This document shows, piece after piece, positions 51,601 through 64,000 of a DNA stretch of 64,000 nt (position 1 is the stretch's first letter; each line of letters begins with the position of its first letter). The stretch is from Antedon mediterranea. Taxonomy: Eukaryota > Animalia > Echinodermata. The stretch is from the NCBI RefSeq assembly GCF_964355755.1, contig NC_092680.1, forward strand, positions 11,532,001 to 11,596,000, in the 5' to 3' direction. The position numbers and the translations under genes were made by a program. Below the pieces are notes generated by a model that saw only the letters and a program-made list of their open reading frames with translations, was not told the origin of the DNA and did not search any database.

Positions 51601-53760
51601 AAAACGTTTTTATATACCATATTAAGCTATTTTGTGCACTTTGATGTTTTTTTTGAAAAGTTTTATCGAAATGCTCAAAATGGTCTAAAACGGTTTCTAT
51701 TGGGATTTTAAGCACTTTGATGATTTTGTGTAACCAAGTTTCATCGAAATGTACAAAATGGTCTAAAACGTCTCCAAATGCGATTTGAAGCTATTCTAAG
51801 TACTTTTGTGTTTTTATGTTAACAAGTTTTTTCGAAAATCACAAAATGGTCTAAAACGTCTTCAAATGCGATTTGAAGCTTTTCTGTACACTTTGATGTT
51901 TTGTGTGAAAAAGTTTTGTCGAAATGCTCAAAATGGTCAAAAACGGTTTCTAATGTGATTTTAAGCACTTTGATGTTTTTGTGTAACCAAGTTTTTTTAA
52001 AAATCACAAAATGGTCTAAAACGTCTCCAAATGCGATTTGAAGCTTTTCTAAGCACTTTGGTGTTTTTATGTTAACAAGTTTTTTCGAAAATCACAAAAT
52101 GGTCTAAAACGTCTCCAAATGCGATTTGAAGATATTCTGAGCACTTTGGTGTTTTTATGTTAAAAAGTTTTTTCGAAAATCACAAAATAGTCTAAAACGT
52201 CTCAAAATGCGATTTGAAGCTATTCTGTACACTTTGATGTTTTGTGTGAAAAAGTTTTGTCGAAATGCTCAAAATGGTCTAAAACGTTTTTAAAACGATA
52301 TTAAGCTATTTTGTGCTCTTTGATGTTTTTGTGTAACCAAGTTTCATCGAAAATCACAAAATGGTCTAAAACGTCTCCAAATGCGATTTGAAGCTTTTCT
52401 AAGCACTTTGGTGTTTTTATGTTAACAAGTTTTTTCGAAAATCACGAAATGGTCTAAAATGTCTTCAAATGCGATTTGAAGATATTCTGAGCACTTTGGT
52501 GTTTTTATGTTAAAACGTTTTTTCGAAAATCACAAAATGGTCTAAAACGTTTTTAAATACGATATTAAGCTATTTTGTGATCTTTGATGTTTTTGTGTGA
52601 AAAGTTTTATCGAAATGCTCAAAATGGTCTAAAACGGTTTCTAATGCGATTTGAAGCTATTCTGTACACTTTGAAGTTTTTTGTGAAAAAGTTTTCTCGA
52701 AATGCTCAAAATGGTCTAAAACGTTTTTATATACCATATTAAGCTATTTTGTGCACTTTGATGTTTTTTGTGAAAAGTTTTATCGAAATTCTCAAAATGG
52801 TCTAAAACGGTTTCTATTGTGATTTTAAGCACTTTGATGATTTTGTGTAACCAAGTTTCATCGAAATGTACAAAATGGTCTAAAACGTCTCCAAATGCGA
52901 TTTGAAGCTATTCTAAGTACTTTTGTGTTTTTATGTTAACAAGTTTTTTCGAAAATCACGAAATGGTCTAAAATGTCTCCAAATGCGATTTGAAGATATT
53001 CTGAGCACTTTGGTGTTTTTATGTTAAAAAGTTTTTTCGAAAATCACAAAATAGTCTAAAACGTCTCCAAATGCGATTTGAAGCTATTCTGTACACTTTG
53101 ATGTTTTGTGTGAAAAAGTTTTGTCGAAATGCTCAAAATTGTCTAAAACGTTTTTAAAACGATATTAAGCTATTTTGTGCTCTTTGATGTTTTTGTGTAA
53201 CCAAGTTTCATCGAAAATCACAAAATGGTCTAAAACGTCTCAAAATGCGATTTGAAGCTTTTCTAAGCACTTTGGTGTTTTTATGTTAACAAGTTTTTTC
53301 GAAAATCACGAAATGGTCTAAAATGTCTCCAAATGCGATTTGAAGATATTCTGAGCACTTTGGTGTTTTTATGTTAAAAAGTTTTTTCGAAAATCACAAA
53401 ATGGTCTAAAACGTCTCCAAATGCGATTTGAAGCTCTTCTGTACACTTTGATGTTTTGTGTGAAAAAGTTTTGTCGAAATGCTCAAAATGGTCTAAAACG
53501 TTTTTAAATACGATATTAAGCTGTTTTGTGCACTTTGATGATTTGTGTGAAAAGTTTTAACGAAATGCTCAAAATGGTCTAAAACGGTTTCTAATGTGAT
53601 TTTAAGCACTTTGATGTTTTTGTGTAACCAAGTTTTTTCGAAAATCACAAAATAGTCTAAAACGTCTCCAAATGCGATTTGAAGCTTTTCTAAGCACTTT
53701 GGTGTTTTTATGTTAACAAGTTTTTTCGAAAATCACAAAATGGTCTAAAACGTCTCCAAA
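45690..53760 (+). repeat. Tandem ~4.4-kb higher-order duplication (offset 4380, then 4462 after an 82-bp deletion in copy 1)
   Basis: Markers tttcaAcg (46514/50894) and aaaaGgtttt (46714/51094) give offset 4380; gttaaaaCgttt (48054/52516) gives offset 4462. The switch maps to the junction at ~47588. Confidence 0.8.
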
Positions 53761-55249
53761 TGCGATTTGAAGATATTCTGAGCACTTTGGTGTTTTTATG
53801 TTAAAAAGTTTTTTCGAAAATCACAAAATGGTCTAAAACGTCTCCAAATGCGATTTGAAGCTCTTCTGTACACTTTGATGTTTTGTGTGAAAAAGTTTTG
53901 TCGAAATGCTCAAAATGGTCTAAAACGTTTTCAAATACGATATTAAGCTGTTTTGTGCACTTTGATGATTTGTGTGAAAAGTTTTAACGAAATCCTCAAA
54001 ATGGTCTAAAACGGTTTCTAATGTGATTTTAAGCACTTTGATGTTTTTGTGTAACCAAGTTTTATCGAAAATCACAAAATAGTCTAAAACGTCTCCAAAT
54101 GCGATTTGAAGCTTTTCTAAGCACTTTGGTGTTTTTATGTTAACAAGTTTTTTCGAAAATCACAAAATGGTCTAAAACGTCTCCAAATGCGATTTGAGGA
54201 TATTCTGAGCACTTTGGTGTTTTTTTGTTAAAAAGTTTTTTCGAAAATCACAAAATGGTCTAAAACGTCTCCAAATGCGATTTGAAGCTATTCTGTACAC
54301 TTTGATGTTTTGTGTGAAAAAGTTTTGTCGAAATGCTCAAAATGGTCTAAAACATTTTTAAATACGATATTAAGCTATTTTGTGATCTTTGATGTTTTTG
54401 TGTGAAAAGTTTTATCGAAATGCTCAAAATGGTCTAAAACGGTTTCTATTGTGATTTTAAGCACTTTGATGATTTTGTGTAACCAAGTTTCATCGAAATG
54501 TACAAAATGGTCTAAAACGTCTCCAAATGCGATTTGAAGCTATTCTAAGTACTTTTGTGTTTTTATGTTAACAAGTTTTTTCGAAAATCACAAAATGGTC
54601 TAAAACGTCTTCAAATGCGATTTGAAGCTATTCTGTACACTTTGATGTTTTGTGTGAAAAAGTTTTGTCAAAATGCTCAAAATGGTCTAAAACGTTTTTA
54701 AAACGATATTAAGCTATTTTGTGCTCTTTGATGTTTTTGTGTAACCAAGTTTCATCGAAAATCACAACATGGTCTAAAACGTCTCCAAATGCGATTTGAA
54801 GCTTTTCTAAGCACTTTGGTGTTTTTATGTTAACAAGTTTTTTCGAAAATCACAAAATGGTCTAAAACGTCTCCAAATGCGATTTGAAGCTCTTCTGTAC
54901 ACTTTGATGTTTTGTTTGAAAAAGTTTTGTCGAAATTCTCAAAATGGTCTAAAACGTTTTTAAATTCGATATTAAGCTGTTTTGTGCACTTTGATGATTT
55001 GTGTGAAAAGTTTTAACGAAATGCTCAAAATGGTCAAAAACGGTTTCTAATGTGATTTTAAGCACTTTGATGTTTTTGTGTAACCAAGTTTTTTCGAAAA
55101 TCACAAAATGGTCTAAAACGTCTCCAAATGCGATTTGAGGATATTCTGAGCACTTTGGTGTTTTTATGTTAAAAAGTTTTTTCGAAAATCACAAAATGGT
55201 CTAAAACGTCTCAAAATGCGATTTGAAGCTAATCTGTACACTTTGATGT

Positions 55250-58200
55250 TTTGTGTGAAAAAGTTTTGTCGAAATGCTCAAAATGGTCTAAAACGTTTTT
55301 AAAACGATATTAAGCTATTTTGTGCTCTTTGATGTTTTTGTGTAACCAAGTTTCATCGAAATCAACAAAATGGTCTAATACGTCTCCAAATGCGATTTGA
55401 AGCTTTTCCAAGCACTTTGCTGTTTTTATGTTAACAAGTTTTTTCGAAAATCACAAAATGGTCTAAAACGTCTTCAAATGCGATTTGAAGCTATTCTGTA
55501 CACTTTGATGTTTTGTGTGAAAAAGTTTTGTCGAAATGCTCAAAATGGTCTAAAACGTTTTTAAATACGATATTAAGCTATTTTGTGATCTTTGATGTTT
55601 TTGTGTGAAAAGTTTTATCAAAATGCTCAAAATGGTCTGAAACGGTTTCTAATGCGATTTGAAGCTATTCTGTACACTTTGAAGTTTTGTGTGAAAAAGT
55701 TTTCTCGAAATGCTCAAAATGGTCTAAAACGTTTTTATATACCATATTAAGCTATTTTGTGCACTTTGATGTTTTTTGTGAAAAGTTTTATCGAAATGCT
55801 CAAAATGGTCTAAAACGGTTTCTATTGGGATTTTAAGCACTTTGATGATTTTGTGTAACCAAGTTTCATCGAAATGTACAAAATGGTCTAAAACGTCTCC
55901 AAATGCGATTTGAAGCTATTCTAAGTACTTTTGTGTTTTTATGTTAACAAGTTTTTTCGAAAATCACAAAATGGTCTAAAACGTCTTTCAAATGCGATTT
56001 GAAGCTATTCTGTACACTTTTATGTTTTGTGTGAAAAAGTTTTGTCGAAATTCTCAAAATGGTCTAAAACGTTTTTAAATACGATATTAAGCTGTTTTGT
56101 GCACTTTGATGATTTGTGTGAAAAGTTTTAACGAAATGCTCAAAATGATCAAAAACGGTTTCTAATGTGATTTTAAGCACTTTGATGTTTTTGTGTAACC
56201 AAGTTTTTTCAAAAATCACAAAATGGTCTAAAACGTCTCCAAATGCGATTTGAAGCTTTTCTAAGCACTTTGGTGTTTTTATGTTAACAAGTTTTTTCGA
56301 AAATCACAAAATGGTCTAAAACGTCTCCAAATGCGATTTGAAGATATTCTGAGCACTTTGGTGTTTTTATGTTAAAAAGTTTTTTCGAAAATCACAAAAT
56401 AGTCTAAAACGTCTCCAAATGCGATTTGAAGCTATTCTGTACACTTTGATGTTTTGTGTGAAAAAGTTTTGTCGAAATGCTCAAAATGGTCTAAAACGTT
56501 TTTAAAACGATATTAAGCTATTTTGTGCTCTTTGATGTTTTTTTGTAACCAAGTTTCATCGAAAATCACAAAATGGTCTAAAACGTCTCAAAATGCGATT
56601 TGAAGCTTTTCTAAGCACTTTGGTGTTTTTATGTTAACAAGTTTTTTCGAAAATCACGAAATGGTCTAAAATGTCTCCAAATGCGATTTGAAGATATTCT
56701 GAGCACTTTGGTGTTTTTATGTTAAAAAGTTTTTTCGAAAATCACAAAATGGTCTAAAACGTCTCCAAATGCGATTTGAAGCTCTTCTGTACACTTTGAT
56801 GTTTTGTGTGAAAAAGTTTTGTCGAAATGCTCAAAATGGTCTAAAACGTTTTTAAAACGATATTAAGCTATTTTGTGCTCTTTGATGTTTTTGTGTAACC
56901 AAGTTTCATCGAAATCAACAAAATGGTCTAATACGTCTCCAAATGCGATTTGAAGCTTTTCCAAGCACTTTGCTGTTTTTATGTTAACAAGTTTTTTCGA
57001 AAATCACAAAATGGTCTAAAACGTCTTCAAATGCGATTTGAAGCTATTCTGTAGACTTTGATGTTTTGTGTGAAAAAGTTTTGTCGAAATGCTCAAAATG
57101 GTCTAAAACGTTTTTAAATACGATATTAAGCTATTTTGTGATCTTTGATGTTTTTGTGTGAAAAGTTTTATCAAAATGCTCAAAATGGTCTGAAACGGTT
57201 TCTAATGCGATTTGAAGCTATTCTGTACACTTTGAAGTTTTGTGTGAAAAAGTTTTCTCAAAATGCTCAAAATGGTCTAAAACGTTTTTATATACCATAT
57301 TAAGCTATTTTGTGCACTTTGATGTTTTTTGTGAAAAGTTTTATCGAAATGCTCAAAATGGTCTAAAACGGTTTCTATTGGGATTTTAAGCACTTTGATG
57401 ATTTTGTGTAACCAAGTTTCATCGAAATGTACAAAATGGTCTAAAACGTCTCCAAATGCGATTTGAAGCTATTCTAAGTACTTTTGTGTTTTTATGTTAA
57501 CAAGTTTTTTCGAAAATCACAAAATGGTCTAAAACGTCTTTCAAATGCGATTTGAAGCTATTCTGTACACTTTTATGTTTTGTGTGAAAAAGTTTTGTCG
57601 AAATTCTCAAAATGGTCTAAAACGTTTTTAAATACGATATTAAGCTGTTTTGTGCACTTTGATGATTTGTGTGAAAAGTTTTAACGAAATGCTCAAAATG
57701 GTCAAAAACGGTTTCTAATGTGATTTTAAGCACTTTGATGTTTTTGTGTAACCAAGTTTTTTCAAAAATCACAAAATGGTCTAAAACGTCTCCAAATGCG
57801 ATTTGAAGCTTTTCTAAGCACTTTGGTGTTTTTATGTTAACAAGTTTTTTCGAAAATCACAAAATGGTCTAAAACGTCTCCAAATGCGATTTGAAGATAT
57901 TCTGAGCACTTTGGTGTTTTTATGTTAAAAAGTTTTTTCGAAAATCACAAAATAGTCTAAAACGTCTCCAAATGCGATTTGAAGCTATTCTGTACACTTT
58001 GATGTTTTGTGTGAAAAAGTTTTGTCGAAATGCTCAAAATGGTCTAAAACGTTTTTAAAACGATATTAAGCTATTTTGTGCTCTTTGATGTTTTTTTGTA
58101 ACCAAGTTTCATCGAAAATCACAAAATGGTCTAAAACGTCTCAAAATGCGATTTGAAGCTTTTCTAAGCAATTTGGTGTTTTTATGTTAACAAGTTTTTT

Positions 58201-58395
58201 CGAAAATCACGAAATGGTCTAAAATGTCTCCAAATGCGATTTGAAGATATTCTGAGCACTTTGGTGTTTTTATGTTAAAAAGTTTTTTCGAAAATCACAA
58301 AATGGTCTAAAACGTCTCCAAATGCGATTTGAAGCTCTTCTGTACACTTTGATGTTTTGTGTGAAAAAGTTTTGTCGAAATGCTCAAAATGGTCT
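55250..58395 (+). repeat. Tandem 1553-bp (18-monomer) duplication
   Basis: Marker acgtcTttcaaa occurs at 55981 and 57534 (offset 1553), the monomer order is the same in both copies, and the 18 monomer lengths sum to 1553. Confidence 0.85.
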
Positions 58396-60269
58396 AAAAC
58401 GTTTTCAAATACGATATTAAGCTGTTTTGTGCACTTTGATGATTTGTGTGAAAAGTTTTAACGAAATGCTCAAAATGGTCTAAAACGGTTTCTAATGTGA
58501 TTTTAAGCACTTTGGTGTTTTTATGTTAACAAGTTTTTTCGAAAATCACAAAATGGTCTAAAACGTCTCCAAATGCGATTTGAGGATATTCTGAGCTCTT
58601 TGGTGTTTTTTTGTTAAAAAGTTTTTTCGAAAATCACAAAATGGTCTAAAACGTCTCCAAATGCGATTTGAAGCTATTCTGTACACTTTGATGTTTTGTG
58701 TGAAAAAGTTTTGTCGAAATGCTCAAAATGGTCTAAAACATTTTTAAATACGATATTAAGCTATTTTGTGATCTTTGATGTTTTTGTGTGAAAAGTTTTA
58801 TCGAAATGCTCAAAATGGTCTAAAACGGTTTCTATTGTGATTTTAAGCACTTTGATGATTTTGTGTAACCAAGTTTCATCGAAATGTACAAAATGGTCTA
58901 AAACGTCTTTAAATGCGATTTGAAGCTATTCTAAGTACTTTTGTGTTTTTATGTTAACAAGTTTTTTCGAAAATCACAAAATGGTCTAAAACGTCTTCAA
59001 ATGCGATTTGAAGCTATTCTGTACACTTTGATGTTTTGTGTGAAAAAGTTTTGTCAAAATGCTCAAAATGGTCTAAAACGTTTTTAAAACGATATTAAGC
59101 TATTTTGTGCTCTTTGATGTTTTTGTGTAACCAAGTTTCATCGAAAATCACAACATGGTCTAAAACGTCTCCAAATGCGATTTGAAGCTTTTCTAAGCAC
59201 TTTGGTGTTTTTATGTTAACAAGTTTTTTCGAAAATCACAAAATGGTCTAAAACGTCTCCAAATGCGATTTGAAGCTCTTCAGTACACTTTGATGTTTTG
59301 TTTGAAAAAGTTTTGTCGAAATTCTCAAAATGGTCTAAAACGTTTTTAAATTCGATATTAAGCTGTTTTGTGCACTTTGATGATTTGTGTGAAAAGTTTT
59401 AACGAAATGTTCAAAATGGTCTAAAACGGTTTCTAATGTGATTTTAAGCACTTTGATGTTTTTGTGTAACCAAGTTTTTTCGAAAATCACAAAATAGTCT
59501 AAAACGTCTCCAAATGCGATTTGAAGCTTTTCTAAGCACTTTGGTGTTTTTATGTTAACAAGTTTTTTCGAAAATCACAAAATGGTCTAAAACGTCTCCA
59601 AATGCGATTTGAGGATATTCTGAGCACTTTGGTGTTTTTTTGTTAAAAAGTTTTTTCGAAAATCACAAAATGGTCTAAAACGTCTCCAAATGCGATTTGA
59701 AGCTATTCTGTACACTTTGATGTTTTGTGTGAAAAAGTTTTGTCGAAATGCTCAAAATGGTCTAAAACATTTTTAAATACGATATTAAGCTCTTTTGTGA
59801 TCTTTGATGTTTTTGTGTGAAAAGTTTTATCGAAATGCTCAAAATGGTCTAAAACGGTTTCTATTGTGATTTTAAGCACTTTGATGATTTTGTGTAACCA
59901 AGTTTCATCGAAATGTACAAAATGGTCTAAAACGTCTCCAAATGCGATTTGAAGCTATTCTAAGTACTTTTGTGTTTTTATGTTAACAAGTTTTTTCGAA
60001 AATCACAAAATGGTCTAAAACGTCTTCAAATGCGATTTGAAGCTATTCTGTACACTTTGATGTTTTGTGTGAAAAAGTTTTGTCAAAATGCTCAAAATGG
60101 TCTAAAACGTTTTTAAAACGATATTAAGCTATTTTGTGCTCTTTGATGTTTTTGTGTAACCAAGTTTCATCGAAAATCACAACATGGTCTAAAACGTCTC
60201 CAAATGCGATTTGAAGCTTTTCTGTACACTTTGATGTTTTGTTTGAAAAAGTTTTGTCGAAATTTTCAA

Positions 60270-63200
60270 AATGGTCTAAAACGTTTTTAAATACGATATT
60301 AAGCTGTTTTGTGCACTTTGATGATTTGTGTGAAAAGTTTTAACGAAATGCTCAAAATGGTCTAAAACGGTTTCTAATGTGATTTTAAGCACTTTGATGT
60401 TTTTGTGTAACCAAGTTTTTTCGAAAATCACAAAATAGTCTAAAACGTCTCCAAATGCGATTTGAAGCTTTTCTAAGCACTTTGGTGTTTTTATGTTAAC
60501 AAGTTTTTTCGAAAATCACAAAATGGTCTAAAACGTCTCCAAATGCGATTTGAGGATATTCTGAGCACTTTGGTGTTTTTTTGTTAAAAAGTTTTTTCGA
60601 AAATCACAAAATGGTCTAAAACGTCTCCAAATGCGATTTGAAGCTATTCTGTACACTTTGATGTTTTGTGTGAAAAAGTTTTGTCGAAATGCTCAAAATG
60701 GTCTAAAACGTTTTTAAATACGATATTAAGCTATTTTGTGATCTTTGATGTTTTTGTGTGAAAAGTTTTATCGAAATGCTCAAAATGGTCTAAAACGTTT
60801 TTAAAACGATATTAAGCTATTTTGTGCTCTTTGATGTTTTTGTGTAACCAAGTTTCATCGAAAATCACAAAATGGTCTAAAACGTCGCCAAATGCGATTT
60901 GAAGCTTTTCTAAGCACTTTGGTGTTTTTATGTTAACAAGTTTTTTCGAAAATCACGAAATGGTCTAAAATATCTCCAAATGCGATTTGAAGATATTCTG
61001 AGCACTTTGGTGTTTTTATGTTAAAAAGTTTTTTCGAAAATCACAAAATGGTCTAAAACGTCTCCAAACGCGATTTGAAGCTCTTCTGTACACTTTGATG
61101 TTTTGTGTGAAAAAGTTTTGTCGAAATTCTCAAAATGGTCTAAAACGTTTTTAAATACGATATTAAGCTGTTTTGTGCACTTTGATGATTTGTGTGAAAA
61201 GTTTTAACGAAATGCTCAAAATGGTCAAAAACGGTTTCTAATGTGATTTTAAGCACTTTGATGTTTTTGTGTAACCAAGTTTTTTCAAAAATCACAAAAT
61301 GGTCTAAAACGTCTCCAAATGCGATTTGAAGCTTTTCTAAGCACTTTGGTGTTTTTATGTTAACAAGTTTTTTCGAAAATCACAAAATGGTCTAAAACGT
61401 CTCCAAATGCGATTTGAAGATATTCTGAGCACTTTGGTGTTTTTATGTTAAAAAGTTTTTTCGAAAATCACAAAATAGTCTAAAACGTCTCCAAATGCGA
61501 TTTGAAGCTATTCTGTACACTTTGATGTTTTGTGTGAAAAAGTTTTGTCGAAATGCTCAAAATGGTCTAAAACGTTTTTAAAACGATATTATTAAGCTAT
61601 TTTGTGCTCTTTGATGTTTTTGTGTAACCAAGTTTCATCGAAAATCACAAAATGGTCTAAAACGTCTCAAAATGCGATTTGAAGCTTTTCTAAGCACTTT
61701 GGTGTTTTTATCTTAACAAGTTTTTTCGAAAATCACGAAATGGTCTAAAATGTCTCCAAATGCGATTTGAAGATATTCTGAGCACTTTGGTGTTTTTATG
61801 TTAACAAGTTTTTTCGAAAATCACAAAATGGTCTAAAACGTCTCCAAATGCGATTTGAAGCTCTTCTGTACACTTAGATGTTTTGTGTGAAAAAGTTTTG
61901 TCGAAATGCTCAAAATGGTCTAAAACGTTTTTAAATACGATATTAAGCTGTTTTGTGCACTTTGATGATTTGTGTGAAAAGTTTTAACGAAATGCTCAAA
62001 ATGGTCTAAAACGGTTTCTAATGTGATTTTAAGCACTTTGATGTTTTTGTGTAACCAAGTTTTTTCGAAAATCACAAAATAGTCTAAAACGTCTCCAAAT
62101 GCGATTTGATGCTTTTCTAAGCACTTTGGTGTTTTTATGTTAACAAGTTTTTTCGAAAATCACAAAATGGTCTAAAACGTCTCCAAATGCGATTTGAGGA
62201 TATTCTGAGCACTTTGGTGTTTTTTTGTTAAAAAGTTTTTTCGAAAATCACAAAATGGTCTAAAACGTCTCCAAATGCGATTTGAAGCTATTCTGTACAC
62301 TTTGATGTTTTGTGTGAAAAAGTTTTGTCGAAATGCTCAAAATGGTCTAAAACGTTTTTAAATACGATATTAAGCTATTTTGTTATCTTTGATGTTTTTG
62401 TGTGAAAAGTTTTATCGAAATGCTCAAAATGGTCTAAAACGGTTTCTATTGTGATTTTGAGCACTTTGATGATTTTGTGTAACCAAGTTTCATCGAAATG
62501 TACAAAATGGTCTAAAACGTCTCCAAATGCGATTTGAAGCTATTCTAAGTACTTTTGTGTTTTTATGTTAACAAGTTTTTTCGAAAATCACAAAATGGTC
62601 TAAAACGTCTCAAAATGCGATTTGAAGCTATTCTGTACACTTTGATGTTTTGTGTGAAAAAGTTTTGTCGAAATGCTCAAAATGGTCTAAAACGTTTTTA
62701 AAACGATATTAAGCTATTTTGTGCTCTTTGATGTTTTTGTGTAACCAAGTTTCATCGAAATCAACAAAATGGTCTAATACGTCTCCAAATGCGATTTGAA
62801 GCTTTTCCAAGCTTTTTGCTGTTTTTATGTTAAGTTTTTTCGAAAATCACAAAATGGTCTAAAACGTCTTCAAATGCGATTTGAAGCTATTCTGTACACT
62901 TTGATGTTTTGTGTGAAAAAGTTTTGTCGAAATGCTCAAAATGGTCTAAAACGTTTTTAAATACGATATTAAGCTATTTTGTGATCTTTGATGTTTTTGT
63001 GTGAAAAGTTTTATCAAAATGCTCAAAATGGTCTGAAACGGTTTCTAATGCGATTTGAAGCTATTCTGTACACTTTGAAGTTTTGTGTGAAAAAGTTTTC
63101 TCGAAATGCTCAAAATGGTCTAAAACGTTTTTATATACCATATTAAGCTATTTTGTGCACTTTGATGTTTTTTTTGAAAAGTTTTATCGAAATGCTCAAA

Positions 63201-63770
63201 ATGGTCTAAAACGGTTTCTATTGGGATTTTAAGCACTTTGATGATTTTGTGTAACCAAGTTTCATCGAAAATCACAAAATGGTCTAAAACGTCTCCAAAT
63301 GCGATTTGAAGCTTTTCTAAGCACTTTTGTGTTTTTATGTTAACAAGTTTTTTCGAAAATCACAAAATGGTCTAAAACGTCTTCAAATGCGATTTGAAGC
63401 TATTCTGTACACTTTTATGTTTTGTGTGAAAAAGTTTTGTCGAAATTCTCAAAATGGTCTAAAACGTTTTTAAATACGATATTAAGCTGTTTTGTGCACT
63501 TTGATGATTTGTGTGAAAAGTTTTAACGAAATGCTCAAAATGGTCTAAAACGGTTTCTAATGTTATTTTAAGCACTTTGATGTTTTTGTGTAACCAAGTT
63601 TTTTCGAAAATCACAAAATAGTCTAAAACGTCTCCAAATGCGATTTGAAGCTTTTCTAAGCACTTTGGTGTTTTTATGTTAACAAGTTTTTTCGAAAATC
63701 ACAAAATGGTCTAAAACGTCTCCAAATGCGATTTGAGGATATTCTGAGCACTTTGGTGTTTTTTTGTTAA
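60270..63770 (+). repeat. Dispersed copy of ~25560-29060 (offset 34711)
   Basis: gattttGagcac (27748/62459) and gatattATTa (26871/61582) both give offset 34711, and the monomer order is the same. Confidence 0.85.
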
Positions 63771-64000
63771 AAAGTTTTTTAAAAAATCACAAAATGGTCT
63801 AAAACGTCTCCAAATGCGATTTGAAGCTATTCTGTACACTTTGATGTTTTGTGTGAAAAAGTTTTGTCGAAATGCTCAAAATGGTCTAAAACGTTTTTAA
63901 AACGATATTAAGCTATTTTGTGCTCTTTGATGTTTTTGTGTAACCAAGTTTCATCGAAATCAACAAAATGGTCTAATACGTCTCCAAATGCGATTTGAAG

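Larger units (their letters stand above)
1..64000 (+). repeat. Tandem satellite DNA array, 86-88-bp monomer (78-bp variant), ~740 copies, running off both window ends
   Basis: The motif aaaatggtctaaaacg recurs every 78-88 bp from start to end with no unique sequence between copies. Example 88-bp monomer at 10081-10168: aaaatggtctaaaacgtctccaaatgcgatttgaagcttttctaagcactttggtgtttttatgttaacaagttttttcgaaaatcac. All copies are in the same orientation. Confidence 0.99.

Noticed and set aside
59-52007. All 13 ORFs in the supplied track (62-85 aa)
   Set aside because: They are translations of the satellite (repeating motifs such as KSQNGLKR and LDHF), are short, resemble no protein family I recognise, and open only where indels or point variants remove the periodic stop codons.
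1-64000. CRISPR-like array (conserved aaaatggtctaaaacg core with variable intervening sequence)
   Set aside because: The intervening sequences are homologous to each other and recur hundreds of times, so they are not unique spacers. There is no leader and there are no cas genes.
1-64000. Tandem tRNA, 5S or snRNA gene cluster (unit length 78-88 bp)
   Set aside because: No cloverleaf, no convincing A/B boxes, low GC, and many internal T-runs that would terminate Pol III.
1-64000. Transposon insertion, inversion or telomeric repeat inside the array
   Set aside because: I saw no non-satellite sequence and no reverse-complement core (ttttagaccatttt) on reading through. A very short insertion could have been missed by eye.
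1-64000. Assignment to a known satellite such as alpha satellite, or a CENP-B box
   Set aside because: Monomer length and sequence do not match families I can recall, and ttcg is present without the rest of the CENP-B motif (TTCGnnnnAnnCGGG). Naming an organism would be a guess.
1-64000. A single long master period (~19-22 kb)
   Set aside because: The gctaatctg marker spacings are 21749, 19348 and 13898 bp and the intervening block order differs, so there is no fixed super-period.

Overview
The whole 64-kb window is one uninterrupted, head-to-tail, AT-rich (about 30% GC, estimated from one monomer) satellite DNA array on a single strand, most likely eukaryotic heterochromatin and possibly (peri)centromeric. 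I found no genes, RNA genes, transposons, inversions or CRISPR arrays; all listed ORFs are chance translations of the repeat. The monomer is 86-88 bp (aaaatggtctaaaacg...cgaaaatcac or ...cgaaatgctc), with a recurrent 78-bp deletion form, giving about 740 monomers. About ten monomer variants are strung into a basic ~427-bp 5-mer and into larger, irregular higher-order repeats (HORs): local tandem duplications of 425, 773, 1553, 4309 and ~4380/4462 bp, plus dispersed multi-kb near-identical blocks 12-35 kb apart. The most notable signals are a hidden imperfect inverted symmetry across monomer junctions, a strict ordering of monomer types, recombination junctions readable at base resolution and CpG-biased variants. 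The first ~5 kb is error-rich and looks like a sequencing or consensus artefact. I cannot name the organism or satellite family from sequence alone. All counts and offsets were made by eye; block boundaries are approximate.
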